64,000 nt of DNA from Octopus sinensis (GCF_006345805.1 NC_043017.1:29884001-29948000); one strand, 5' to 3'. Counted from the stretch's first letter, positions 1 through 12,699 are shown. The notes: generated by a model not told the origin, from the letters alone. A program made the numbers and translations.

Positions 1-216
1 TGTAAATTTTATACAAGGTGACTGAATTTAGGAACAGTTGGATGTTTGTCATTCTTTCACGCAATGTTGTTACATATCACACTGTAGCTTTCCAAGGCAT
101 GGTTATTGCTTGCCCCTCTCAAGCTCTGGTCCTGTGAGATCAAATATATATCAGTCGTGACTATCTCTTTTGTTTATGTAGTTACAAGTACGATCTCCAA
201 TGTCAGCTATAGTTTT

Positions 217-336
217 GGTTGTGTCGTAAGAAGCGTACGTCCCAAACACATGGTTCCTGGTTCGAATACAGCGTGGAGCCTTAGCGAAGTGTCTTCTACT
301 ATAGCCTTGGGCCGACCAAATTTTGTGAGTGGGTTT
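217..336 (+). mobile_element. SINE-A 5' (tRNA-like head) fragment, degenerate
   Basis: ccaaacacatggttcctggttcgaa...gtgtcttctactatagccttgggccgaccaaa...gtgagtggg aligns by eye to the head of the full SINE-A copies at 28250, 35470 and 42208. Confidence 0.8.
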
Positions 337-504
337 CTGTTGCTCCAGGACTATCCTAAAAGAATTTTATAATCTACGATGCATTTTCTACTATGAGCTA
401 TTTCTACCAGATGAGAGACAACATAGTGTTTCTTTCGTTAATATACCTTCAAACCACAAGACAACAATACCAAAATGATCGGGAAAGAGAACACTTAAAT
501 GATC

Positions 505-630
505 GAAGAACTTCCCAAAAATAACAGCTAAATATATCGAAATTCACACTTTGTCTTCTTAACACATTGGGCTATGTAGACTTATATATTTGTAAAAACG
601 GCGTGGTCACGACTGGAACGGTTTTAAGTG
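505..630 (+). mobile_element. Family-D interspersed repeat fragment, degenerate
   Basis: aaataacagctaaatatatcgaaattcacac...acacattgggctatgtagac...gtggtcacgactggaa resembles the copies at 36830 and 57500. Confidence 0.5.
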
Positions 631-1517
631 TAGCATGTATGTACTTCTCATCAAAGGTTTTTTGGAATTGAATACCACAATGACCAGATTAACTAAAAAT
701 ACGGTTTTAATGTTTCTTTCGGATAATACAACGTATGTTCTAAGTGAAACTACGTCTGCCACTGACGTCACTACTGACTTGGAGAGTTTGAAAGACACTG
801 CAGAATAAGCAGAGCTTAGAGACTGTTTAGTATAGCAGCGTAGGAAATATAAACATGTTGTTACATGGAAACCTACTTCAGGTTAAACACTATGTAGTTT
901 AGAATCTGTGGAAAAGACATCATTTCCTACATAACAATCTCTCCCCTAGTCTCATTAAAAGCGAACATGCGTAACGATTTCGTTTTGGAGAGGAAAGCTA
1001 TAATACCTGGAAAGGGTAGGAAAAACAATCTATCGTTTTGTCGACGATGGTTTTGTAAATGAGGGTTGTGTGGGTAGATTGGTAGAGTTGTTGCCGTTTC
1101 GTTCTTGTTGTTGTGGTGGCTGATTTTGCTGGTGGTGGTGGTGGTGGTGGTGGTGGTGATGTTAGCGGTTGTAGTGCTTCTGTCTTTTAGAGTAAATATA
1201 AAATATTCCAGTATAATTAATCTTGTTAAATCGTACATATGATCAATCTGGTCATTTATGCACAATTAGCTGATTGCTCAACAAGTAAGTATTTTCATAC
1301 TGCAACCTAGATAGAGGGAAAAAAAAAATCTAGAACAAATCATCCAGCTTCTTAATGAAAAAAGTACTAACAAAAGCAGTCGCTGCGGTAGGAGAGACCC
1401 CTGGCAATGGAAATACGGTCAGCCATACAACCTGCTAGAAATAGATACCCAATAAAGAATTCTGCTTTCAGTACAAGGGCAGCATTTTGAGAGAATGGAG
1501 AGAAATTCTTGACTGAT

Positions 1518-1581
1518 AGTTTATTTATCGACCGCAAAAGGACGAAAGACAGATTTGACCGATGGGCCTTGAACCCACAAA
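1518..1581 (-). mobile_element. SINE-B core fragment, degenerate
   Basis: tttatttatcgaccgcaaaaggacgaaagacagatttgacc...ttgaaccc matches the reverse-strand SINE-B core ttatcgaccccgaaaggatgaaaggcaaagtcgacc...tttgaactc. Confidence 0.6.
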
Positions 1582-1910
1582 AATTTCCCACCCTCAAAGA
1601 ACAACATGGACCCTGAATATAATCGTAAATAGAATACACTACAAACACACAATTTTCTCATACAAAATATGTACATGTTACATCTGTATATATGTATGTA
1701 TGTATGGACGTATATATACGTATATATGTATGCATGTAAATAAGTGTATATATATATATATATATAGATATATATATATATATATATATATAGAAAATAG
1801 TAAAGAGTGAAAAACTACAGAAGTGAAAAAACTACTATATATTCACCGACGTGCTTTCACAAACCAACTTTCTTATCTATCTATATATATATATATATAT
1901 TATATATATA

Positions 1911-1942
<32 letters not shown>

Positions 1943-2840
1943 TTATATACATACATATTGAGGAATATGTTGTCATGAAACGCACGTAGTCTATATAATT
2001 TAAATTATATGATTTAGAATAAGAATTGAAGGTATTAAGTTTGATAATTTTAATATGTAGTCGTAAATCTACCTATCGTGGATAATTTCGTTCAATGATG
2101 ATTGAGTTGCTTCAGGGTGATTCTATCTCTTAAACCTATCTATATGTACGTTTATTTAATACAGTGAGTAATTCATTTTAATACCACTAAATTGAACTTT
2201 TCTCCCCTGTGGACTCAGAAATAACTTCCTTAATATTAATATATATATATATATACATACATATATGCATGCATATATATGCATGTATGTATTTATGTAT
2301 GCATATCTTTGTAAGTATCTATGTTTGACATCTATGTACAAGCATAGCGTTTATATTCAGGAACTAGAACATCGCATAGCACAAGCAATTCTTTCACGAA
2401 AGAATATACTCTAAATATTTGAGAATGTAAAACGAGCCTTAGGGGTAAGTCAGAAGCATCAGAAAGATCTCAATCGGCAGGGAGTAATACTTTCTCTTCA
2501 ACAGTACATCACTAATTGACACCAGGCATACAGTAAAAAAAAAAAAAAAAAAAAGATATGATTTCCATCTCTATGCGTTTATATATTTTTATGTATTTTT
2601 TTTTACATGCCCGTCATCTGGGATATAATTTCTGACTGCTAGCTGTTTCCTTGCAGAAGGTTTGGGGTAAAAAAAAATATGAAGATTCATAAGATGAGAC
2701 ACACATATATCTTTACATATGGTACATATAACATCAAATGGTTTTGACATGTATGGGCTTTTCAAGAATTTCTACTCGGCTTTAATCGATTTATCATATT
2801 CACAAGGAATATATCTTGCCTTTTTGTGTGTGTGAGTGCG

Positions 2841-2891
<51 letters not shown>

Positions 2892-3710
2892 ATGTGTCTT
2901 TGTATGCGTGAGAGCGTGTGTGCGTGACTGTGTGCAAATTATGATAATATATTAAAGACAGAAATACCAGTTGAGCGAATGATTCCTGTTGCTTATCAAT
3001 GTATGTCAGATTTTCAAGTTTAAGCAGATGCTTCTTTTTGTGTGTGTATGCGTGTGTGATAGTGTGTGTATCAATGTGTGTGCACACACACACACATATG
3101 TATATATATATATATATACGCTCGTAAAACACAAACATACTCAAACATATATGTATGTGTGTATGTAATACATCGTCATATACATCATTTCTTAATATAC
3201 ATAAATTCTATAGATAAATTTATACTAATCTTTACACGTCAATGGGTGACTACTTACAGTATTGCCATCATAAATATTTTAAAATGTGCTACATGATCAA
3301 TGATAGACATACGCGAAACTTTAGACCTGACCCTCAAAGTATGATTGCTTTATCTCATTTGGTTAATTTTTTCCCCTTCCATGTGAAGCGAGGGAATACG
3401 TACCCACATCGATTGAGACATGCGCACACACGTACATACATACACACCCACTCATATATATATATAAGCACAAATTAATGTATTCACATACGTATATATA
3501 TTTTTTATATACATATATACATGTATGCACACAAGCACATGCATACAGACATAAACACACACACTCATATATATATTGTATATACTATTGCGTGATTTGA
3601 AGTTCGTACCCGTAAAAAGAATTAAAACTGTAATCTAGTCTTAGGTCAATTTATGCCTGTGTGTGTATGTGCATGTTTATGCGAGCATTCTTCTGTATGT
3701 GCGTCATATT

Positions 3711-3752
<42 letters not shown>

Positions 3753-3968
3753 GTTCACATGCATGTACACAGATACGAATGTGTTTTTACACAGCCGCAC
3801 GATTATATACATAGCATGATAATAAACATTCTGAGATAGACTTACGTACACACATAGATTCAATACATGCATGGATATAGATGGAACCACACTCATATCC
3901 CGCAGAGGCAGAGACACACGTGCACACATTCGGGATATTTTTCGTGCTGTTGTATATGAGAAACTTAC

Positions 3969-4079
3969 TCTCATGTCATTCGACTTTGTGTGATAAATCA
4001 TATGCACGAATTACAGCAAGCATTAAATCGTGTCTGCTATCTCTGAAATCATTCGTTCCACATGTGCTTGTGATTCCAT
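3969..4079 (-). other. Candidate 111-nt exon (non-coding or stop-containing)
   Basis: Minus strand: ttttcttcttcatctccAG acceptor and GTAAGT donor; stop codons in all three frames. Confidence 0.3.
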
Positions 4080-4613
4080 CTGGAGATGAAGAAGAAAAAT
4101 GGTGTGCGTTGTGGCATCATAATTAACAAGACAGAATTTCAAAATCACTGGAGATCCAAATTGTTGCAGACACTTGTCTGAAACAATTTCCTATTAGAAA
4201 ACTACAAGGGTTTTTATATTTCACTGATGCCAATTGTAGTTACTGGTTGACGGCGCAAGATAGGATGTGGTATCGCTGTATGTGTATGTACACCCGATCA
4301 TGTGAGTGAGTGAGTGTGAGTCTGTGTATTTGTGTACGTATGTGTCGACTTAGAATATTTGAAACGTAAGCATACATCACTATAAGTTAAAATATGAAGA
4401 TCATATTAAATGTGATAAGAGACAATGTATTAAAATACTTATGTATGAAATTACAAAATGTCCGTGTCAAACTTCAACATTGTTGAAGTCGTTGTTGTTA
4501 TTTTCATCGACATAGACATCAGTATATCATCATAATCGCCATCCACATCATCATCATCATCATTGTCGCCGCCGTCAACATAATCATCATTATCACTATA
4601 GTCATTATTAATC

Positions 4614-4825
4614 AGGTGCGACGTGCCAGAATCGTTTGCGCGCCGGACGATAAACTTAGCGGCATTTCGCCCAACTTTAATGTTCTGAATTCGAATCCCG
4701 CCACGTTTGACTTCGCCCTTCATCCTTTCTGGGTCGATAAAATGTGCATGAGTTGAGCACTGGAGTCCATGCAATCAGTCTATCATTTCCACCGATATTA
4801 AAGGCCTTCTGCCAAACTTTTGAGC

Positions 4826-4859
<34 letters not shown>
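4614..4859 (+). mobile_element. SINE-B, near full length, with (ATT)n tail
   Basis: A-box-like gtgccagaatcg, B-box-like gttctgaattcgaatccc, core cttcatcctttctgggtcgataaaat, 3' ggccttctgccaaacttttgagcc then (ATT)n at 4828-4859. Confidence 0.85.
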
Positions 4860-5193
4860 GAGTGAGAGAACAGTGCATGCCATCAAAGTGACACCGGGGT
4901 TAAATATGCGAAGCCCAGTAAACGCATCATGACTACCCGTCTGATAAGGGTACACCATGCATCACAGGCACATGCATCACAACCATATGTGAACGACATG
5001 GTGATCTCATATCAAGATAAACAGCGCATGACCTTGCAGGTGGGGCCCAGTTAGAATTTTCTTGTTGTCCTGCTCAAAAGGTCCTTGAATAAGGATTGTT
5101 TAAGGATGTTGAACGAACCACTATGTTTCCAAAGATGAATTATCCAAGCCTCCAAGAATTTCTTTTAACACATGTTTATGATGCTTCTCCACT
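4860..5193 (-). mobile_element. 3' end of an unclassified non-LTR retroelement with (AAT)n tail, 5'-truncated
   Basis: Reverse complement of 11240-11560 (e.g. gagatcaccatgtcgttcacatatggttgtgatgcatgtg); ends ctctcactc+(AAT)n on the minus strand; a further (ATT)n tract lies at 5198-5214. Confidence 0.8.
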
Positions 5194-5348
5194 GATGTTT
5201 ATTATTATTATTATTTTTATTTTACGATATTTGGTGTTAGCTAACCGAAATTGATTAGTTACATGTGTAACTGATGAGAACATTTACTTTGTGTCTGAAA
5301 TTTATTCTAAACATTTTTAAACAAATATAATCGAAGGTGTAAATTTCA

Positions 5349-5405
5349 CCTGCTAGAAATGGCTTCCAAATATCAATCAACTCACAGCCTCCTCTCTTAA
5401 AAAAT
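5349..5405 (+). mobile_element. Family-D fragment
   Basis: cctgctagaaatggcttccaaatatcaatcaactcacagcct contains the shared motif CCTGCTAGAAAT(A/G)GC. Confidence 0.5.
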
Positions 5406-5645
5406 ACTGGCAAACGTTACATATTGTGGAGTTCGTTCAAGTGTCTTTAAATATCATCCTGACTGATAGCTCTTTCATGAAAGCTCCCCAGTATCACCAC
5501 TGTACTTACTTGATATCTTCCCTTTCAACTAATTTATTACATTTGTACTCTCTCCCATAACAAGTGTATCCATTGTGCTCTAATTCACTACAATTTGTAG
5601 ACTAGCGACTCGTTGTGCATACACTGTTCCTTATATCGTAAATAC

Positions 5646-5837
5646 AAGGCGGTAACCTGGCAGACTTGCCAGCGAATAGGTCAAAATGGTTAGCGGCATT
5701 TCTACCTCTGTCGAACCAAGTTCCAAATCCAGCAAGGTCGAGTTTATTTTCATCCTTCCTTGTTCGATAAAATAATTACCAGTTTAGCATATCCATCCGC
5801 TAATATTACTGGATTGCACCGAAATTTGAAACCGTTA
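5646..5837 (+). mobile_element. SINE-B, degenerate
   Basis: aaggcggtaacctggcagac...aaaatggttagcggcatttc...ttcatccttccttgttcgataaaataattaccagtt...aaatttgaaacc. Confidence 0.75.
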
Positions 5838-5949
5838 TATCATTACTAAGACTGCTTGTGGCTTCTGAAAGACAAGGGAAAATAGATCCCTGTATCTACT
5901 TCGTTTCGTCTACGACCATTTTTTGTTCTATCCGATTAACTACCTTCAT

Positions 5950-6155
5950 AAGGTGGCGAACTGGCCGGATTGTAAGCGCACCAAATAAAATGCTTAGCGG
6001 CCTTTCTTCTGGCTGTGTATGTTCTGAGTTCAATTCCTGCAGAGGCCAACTTTACCTTGCTTCCTTTGGGTTCGTAAAAATAAGTACATGTCAAGTGCTG
6101 AGGATGATATAATTGGCCTCCCCTCCCTTTAAATTTCAACCTTTGCGTTTCAAGT
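5950..6155 (+). mobile_element. SINE-B, degenerate
   Basis: aaggtggcgaactggccgg...aaaatgcttagcggc...gttctgagttcaattcc...aaaaataagtac. Confidence 0.75.
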
Positions 6156-7654
6156 AAAAACCAAATTAAGTACCTGCTCAATAAACGATCGTTGAAGGGT
6201 TGAAATACATGCATTTTGAACATGATTCTAATATCAGCGTGACACATCGCTTAAATAACTCGGAACTTTGAACAGCATGGCTTATGTCAGCACGTTCTCC
6301 GTCTTTCAATCACATAACGTTCGGTGATCCGCAGTTAAGACAAAAAACAAAGAGAAAAGCATAAAGAAAAAAGATGAAAGAAATACTTGTTACAGACTCC
6401 AGGGTTTCAAATTGATTGAAGAAAGTCGTGATTGCCAAACAAACATCTTATCCATTACAAACTTGCTGCCAAATACTCTGACCGACGTAATTAAATAACA
6501 TCTTCATGTCCAGCAACCTTACGCCCGCAATTTTTTTGTTTCTTGGGTTCCCCACACTGACATATGATTTTTACCAATATTCCCAAACAGATCGTCACTC
6601 ATTCCCCAGTGAGTATGTTACTAGGCTTTGTTCTTTTGTGAAGATCAGCAGTTTTATTGATCCTGCCAATCATGTTGGGAAACATGTGCAGTTCAGGGAG
6701 ACTGCCGTTTAAAAGATACATGAAAAATAATTCATAAATTCTAAAACGAAATGTATTTAGAACATTTTATGTCATCTATAAAAGTGTGTCAGTTATGCGG
6801 ATCTTTTTGCTCAATACCGATGTTTATTACTAACTAAATACACCAAAAAACCTCCATTTCACAAGCCGACTATTTTATACACGAAGAAGTAAAAACACAC
6901 ACATTCAGACACACAAACACACACACAGAAACACGCACACATATACATACACTCATACATATATATGCCTAAATTCTTAAAAGATTCATCCTAACAACTT
7001 TTCAAATAAAATTAAAAAATGCAACGTACCATGATGTTAGAAATTTATTGAACGTTTTCTTTGATATTTGGCCAAGAGGGCCTATAATATATACATACAT
7101 TCATACATACATACAAAAATACACACACACAAACACGCACACACTCACACACATGCATATTCAAACACAGCACCTTTCTATTTGTTTTGTGAGGTTCCCG
7201 GTGTTAAATCCTGACTTGATTTAGATCCACCTTTGAAAGTGTCTGTCATCAGTATTTTTATCAAACCATTTGACGCTATAAATTGACCAATATTTTCCTT
7301 ATGAGCTCATATTGAATGACTGTACCAAAGGAACGCAGCACTGTACAAAACCTCAGATTGAATGATGGACAAAAATATGAATAGTTTGCGAAAGGACTAT
7401 TGGTCGCAATATCTATTAGAAATAGTCAGTAGTTATTCTCCAAATCAATGTATTACATGTATAAAATTTCATTCAGGTAAAACTCCAGATGGGCACGATT
7501 GCAATGATGTGGTTGGTAAGTGTATTCAATAAGGAATGAGCAGAAAGGACAAGCAACATGAAACCGAACTGCTGTTGTTACTTCTATAAATGATGATAGT
7601 AGTAAGAGCAAATAATGATAATAATAATAATAATACTACTAATAATAATAATAA

Positions 7655-7750
7655 CATGAACTTCCAACTTGTCTCTTGAGGTCTCTGGGTGAGACTTAGT
7701 GCCAACTTGTGCAAATGTAAAGCAAAAGTCAAACATAGAATAATAATAAT
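7655..7750 (+). mobile_element. Dong/R4-like LINE extreme 3' end (~84 bp) inside an (AAT)n tract
   Basis: Unique sequence with the stem-loop gtctc-tgggt-gagac (7681-7695), flanked by (AAT)n on both sides; resembles my recollection of Dong/R4/Rex6 3' termini. Confidence 0.55.
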
Positions 7751-7835
7751 AAAAATGATGATGGTGAGGAGGATGATGATAGTGAGGATGATGATGGTGA
7801 TGATGGTGATGATGAGGATGATGATGATATTACAT

Positions 7836-7918
7836 CGGACCCGAAGGATAAACGGCAACGTCGTCCCTGGCAGAATTTGAACTCAGAACGTAAAGACGGA
7901 CGAAATGCAGCTAAGAAC
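7836..7918 (-). mobile_element. SINE-B internal fragment
   Basis: gacccgaaggataaacggcaacgtcg...gaatttgaactcagaacgtaaagacggacgaaatgcagctaag. Confidence 0.8.
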
Positions 7919-8879
7919 AACTACAACAACAATAACAACGACGAGGATGATGACCATGACGGTGATGATGATAAGGAGGAAGAGGAGGAGCATGAAGGGT
8001 TCCTTTTAATTGTCATAATATATTCGAGTGAGGTAGACTTTGGAAAAACAGTTTACACTTTGCGTGCAAGGTTACATAGAGCATGCAGTAAAGGAAATGA
8101 AAGTGGAGAAGAGAGAATATAATAAGGCGTACAAAACATGTAAGTACATCTAGAGGGCAATTTGCTTTATATAATCGACTCTCCGACTAGGGCAAGTGAA
8201 GCAACCAAATACCTCCGGGGCAGAAACTCTCCTGAACATTTTGTTCTCCAATCTACATGTACATGACCAGAATTTGTTCATCCAGCTTCACTATTTTTAC
8301 CAGCGTCACCCACCTTTTGACATATTGATTGACAGAGCTGGCACTAATAATAATTTACAATATTAATTGTTGCTTTTAACCTATAAATTTACAGATAATA
8401 CACTAACAAAACATCCATATTCTTTGCGCTATAACTATGTATGTCAAAACACTTTGTAAAGCGCCACACAGCACTTACTAGACCCTCTACGTCAGGTTTC
8501 TATCACTTCCACGCGTACTTCATTCCACTCACGAGCCATAATCGTTGGATAATTAGAAACCACATATCCACCCTACCAAATACTCGTTTATTGTTCCACA
8601 CCTACTACCCTTAACTCGCTATTATGTAGTAAACAATTTGCAATCAGCCACATTATAATGGTGATTCAGCAGCTTCCTATAGCATTTTATAACTGCAGAA
8701 ACGTAACAATAGATAATAAGAACTGATGTACATTTAAACTGGTTCAAAAGGTTATCAGTCATATCTAAATTTATAGTACCAACGTCGTCATTATTTCGAT
8801 ATTTACTGCATAAATGCTTTGGAGATAGTATAGAAATCCCTTTATTACGTTTAAAAAACATATTAGAATAATCAATATA

Positions 8880-8991
8880 TAATTATATACGTATATATAA
8901 ATGTGTACCTATATACATGTGTATAAATAGTGTCAGACATACATATATAAAAGCATACATATGTTTACAAATACATTCACATGCATGTGTA

Positions 8992-9025
<34 letters not shown>

Positions 9026-9240
9026 AATATATAATTATATTTACACACACGTACATATGTCTGTAAATATACACATGCATATAAACGCATATATATATAT
9101 AAATGTATACACACACACACACATATATATATACATGTATGTGTGTGCTTGTGTTTTTGCACATGCACACATACATCAACACAGGCACACATGCAAACAC
9201 ACACGCTCGGTCGCGCACGCACGCACACACGTGTGTCCTA
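8880..9240. repeat. Compound (TA)/(CA)/(TG) microsatellite region
   Basis: Dinucleotide runs visible directly. Confidence 0.9.
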
Positions 9241-10544
9241 TGTACGTACGCATCATACGAATAAAATTTAAAGGGAAAAATAAAACTATTAGAATCTAAA
9301 AAATTTAGCAAAACAATGTTCCTCATATTTTGTATTTGGAAAGTGATTGAGCAAATATGAAATAATAATAATAGTAATAATAATAAAAGTAATAATAATA
9401 ATAATAAGCAGAACACAACAGGTGCCTATTATCACGCTAATGTTTGCTAGATGTTAGAAAAGTTGTCTCTTTAAAGGAAAAAGAAGATCGATCGTTCATC
9501 TCCTGTTGGCGGTAGAAGGTGGTGGTGGTGATGGTGTTAGTGGTGGAAGCGGTGGAGCTAGTGATAAAATGTTATAAACAAATATTCCACCATTAAATGG
9601 TAGAAATAAGGAAAGGAAAAATACATTGTGGTTGGAATTGTTTGAATAGTAATAGGATGAAAAAATATGGATGATGATTAAGTTGTAAATTAGTAATACT
9701 AAATCAGCAATAATATTAACGATGATGATAATAATAATAATAATTATAATAATAATAATAATGAGCGGAACTATTAAAAATGGTGATCAGTTTATACATA
9801 AGCAAAAGGAATGCATTTCGTTTTTCCGGAAAGGGCGTGGTCGAATTCAGACATCCGAGCATTTAATGACACTATTAACAAAGATACTCTAGTGGCAATG
9901 AGGATGATGATGATGATGATGAGGATGCGGAGGATGAGGAAGAAGAGGAAGATGATGCTGATAATAATGATGATAATGATGATGAAGATGATGATGATGA
10001 TGGAGATGAAGGTGGGGTAGTGGGGTGCTAATGATCATCGTGAATATCTCGAAGATGGATACAACGATATCCACGACAATGACGGTAATGATGATCGTAA
10101 TTCCAAACAGGAGAGTAGGAACGGTTTCGTAATTCGTGAAGCCACAGTAAAGTGCATTCAACCTAATGTAATATATAACGAATACACATTCCAATAACAA
10201 TGAGGACGATACGATCAAATATATCACAAATATATATTAGCGATAGAGGCAGTTACAAATACCGAAAGATAATATTTATTAAAACTTAAACGTTAATATC
10301 ACAAACAGACGGAAAGTAATCTAGGAACAGTGTAGGCCTGGTTGAAGATCCTATACATCTATGTATGAGGGTGTGTGTATATATATGTATATTAAGCTCA
10401 CCCACACATACATTCACACGTGGTCGCCCTCCCCCTTTGGACATATACATTCACACACTCCATCCTTACATAAATACACGCGCTTCCGCACACCAGTTTC
10501 ATTCCTCTGGCCATTTCATAATTTTGAAGAGTTAATCTTTAAAC

Positions 10545-10700
10545 GTTCTTTTTCGCTCTCCGGGTTTTTTTCCCGTTCTCTCAAAATTTTTCCCCTCTCA
10601 ATCTTTTCTTTCGAGGAGCATAAGCTCGAACTGTCAAAGAATTTTTCATGAACGTCAAACTAATACACCCCACTGTTTTTTCCCTCACCTATCTTCGTTT
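10545..10700 (+). mobile_element. Penelope-like terminal relic with decayed hammerhead motif (10602-10640)
   Basis: ctttcga-g-gagc-ataa-gctc-gaactgtc-aaaga followed by aacgtcaaactaatacacc; homologous to 38093-38305, 45215-45400 and 62060-62200. Confidence 0.55.
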
Positions 10701-10988
10701 TCTCATTAAGATAGAAATATAAATATAAATGTATATAAATGAAAAGAAAAGTGATTTACGATTGACACATTTTTATTTATTGACACAATATCATATTTTT
10801 GTTATAATATAATATGGATTAATATAATATAATTATGAATACCATAAACCTACAATTGTTTTAGTTCAGACCCAATAAACATGGAAAATTCATAACAAAG
10901 TAAAGAAAAAAAAATGAACAATTAAGCAAAAGAACAATTCTAAATCGGTAACTCGCAATAATTTCTCTCCTTTAAACTTTCAAAGGGG

Positions 10989-11026
<38 letters not shown>

Positions 11027-11582
11027 TACAGCAATAAATGCCCTGATGCAGTGCCAGTCAGTGGCTTGCATGAATTCTACTGTTAACTGATTGGAAGTGT
11101 TGTCATGCACATTGTTTTGTCCTGGTATAAAAGATGGGCTACAGCAAATATTCTTCTCAATGAGACAGATTAGCATGTCAGTTGCTTGACCGTAACCAGT
11201 TCAGCACGTCCCTTAGTGCTGGTGGTGTTGGGGGGTCATCGTAGCCATGTGTTGAGAGGAATTATCTGGGGTTTGGATAATTCACCCTTGGAAACATGGG
11301 TGTTTCATTGAACTTCCTTAAGCAACCCTTATTCAGGGACCTTTTGAACGGGATGGGTTATTCGACCTGAAGAAAATTCTAACTAGGCCACACATGCAAC
11401 GTTATGCGCATTTTATTTTCATATGAGATCACCATGTCGTGCACATATAGTTGTGATGCATGTGTCTGCTATACCTTTATCAGACGGGTAGACATGGTGG
11501 GTACACTGGGCTTCGTATGTTTTACCCCAGTGTCAATTTGATGGCATGCAGAGCTCTTTTAGTAATAATAATAATAATAATA
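11027..11582 (+). mobile_element. 3' end (~535 bp) of the unclassified non-LTR retroelement, inside an (AAT)n tract
   Basis: (AAT)n at 10989-11025 and 11563-11582; distal 320 bp is the reverse complement of 4860-5193. Confidence 0.8.
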
Positions 11583-11584
11583 TT

Positions 11585-11830
11585 AAGAAGAAGAAGAAGA
11601 AGGAGGTGAAGAAGAAGGTGAAGAAGTAGAAGGGTAGGAGGAGAAGGAAGAAGAAGAAGATGAAGAAGAGGGGGAGTAGAAGGGGAGGAAGAGAAGGGGA
11701 GGAGAAGGAGGAAGAAGAAGAGGAGGAGAAGGACGAAGAAGGAGAAGAGGATGAGGGGAAGGAGGAAGAAGAAGAAGAAGGGGAGGAGAAGGAGGGAGAA
11801 GAAGAAGAAGAAGAAGAAGACGAAGAAGAA
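11585..11830 (+). repeat. Almost pure polypurine (GAA/GGA/GAG) tract
   Basis: About 245 nt with only scattered pyrimidines. Confidence 0.9.
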
Positions 11831-12065
11831 TAATTACTAGCACATGCAGAAGTGCGTAACTTTAGGAAGCAGTCATAATCGAATTTATCAACCCAAATAT
11901 CTGACTATAAAGTTTAAACAACACAATGAGAATATACAAACTCATAACCTTAACAACACCAACAACAACAACAACGATAATATTACCGGCAACAGTTAAT
12001 TAAACTGGAATAGTTGTACTATTGCTGTTAATTACATAATAAATAATGTCACCTTTCGTATTATT

Positions 12066-12143
12066 TTAATCCGTGTTTGAAAACATCATCATCATCATTA
12101 CCATTATTATTATTATCATTACCATTATTATTATTATTATTAC

Positions 12144-12188
<45 letters not shown>

Positions 12189-12251
12189 CATTACCATTAT
12201 TATTATTATTATTATTATCATCATTACCATTATTATTATTATCATCATTAC

Positions 12252-12287
<36 letters not shown>

Positions 12288-12326
12288 TATTATTATTACC
12301 ATTATTATTATTATTATTATTATTAC

Positions 12327-12365
<39 letters not shown>

Positions 12366-12420
12366 TATTATTATTACCATTATTATTATTATTACCATTA
12401 TTATTATTATTATTACCATC
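12066..12420. repeat. Compound (ATT)n/(ATC)/(ACC) trinucleotide microsatellite
   Basis: In-phase trinucleotides; source of the four overlapping poly-N/I/L ORFs. Confidence 0.95.
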
Positions 12421-12699
12421 GGTGAAGAAACTAGCTGACCTATTTTGCTTACCTTTTCGCATTTATTGATTGTTTTAAATATTTCTATACGGACGACAAT
12501 AGACAGACATTAACGAAAATAAATATCAAAAGAAGCTCAAATATCGATGTTCTTATCTAAATCAATCGAACAAAAGAAAACTCTATAGGAAATAAATAAA
12601 AGAACAGATTAGTTTCGTCTGGCAGCTCGATTGCTGTCATCATTTTTCTGATCCAAGTGTTTTAGGCTTTTGTTGAATTTCGCTCGTTGTTGTTGTTCT

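Noticed and set aside
763-770. CRE palindrome TGACGTCA (also 55073-55080)
   Set aside because: One or two 8-mers are expected by chance in 64 kb; no promoter context established.
5510-5601. Possible minus-strand Cys-containing exon (STNCSELEHNGYTCYGREYKCNKLVEREDI) with a GTAAGT donor
   Set aside because: The acceptor has no pyrimidine tract and I recognise no homologue.
12061-12469. Poly-Asn/Ile/Leu ORFs of 117-133 aa
   Set aside because: All are readings of one trinucleotide microsatellite that lacks stops in several frames; no splice or homology support.
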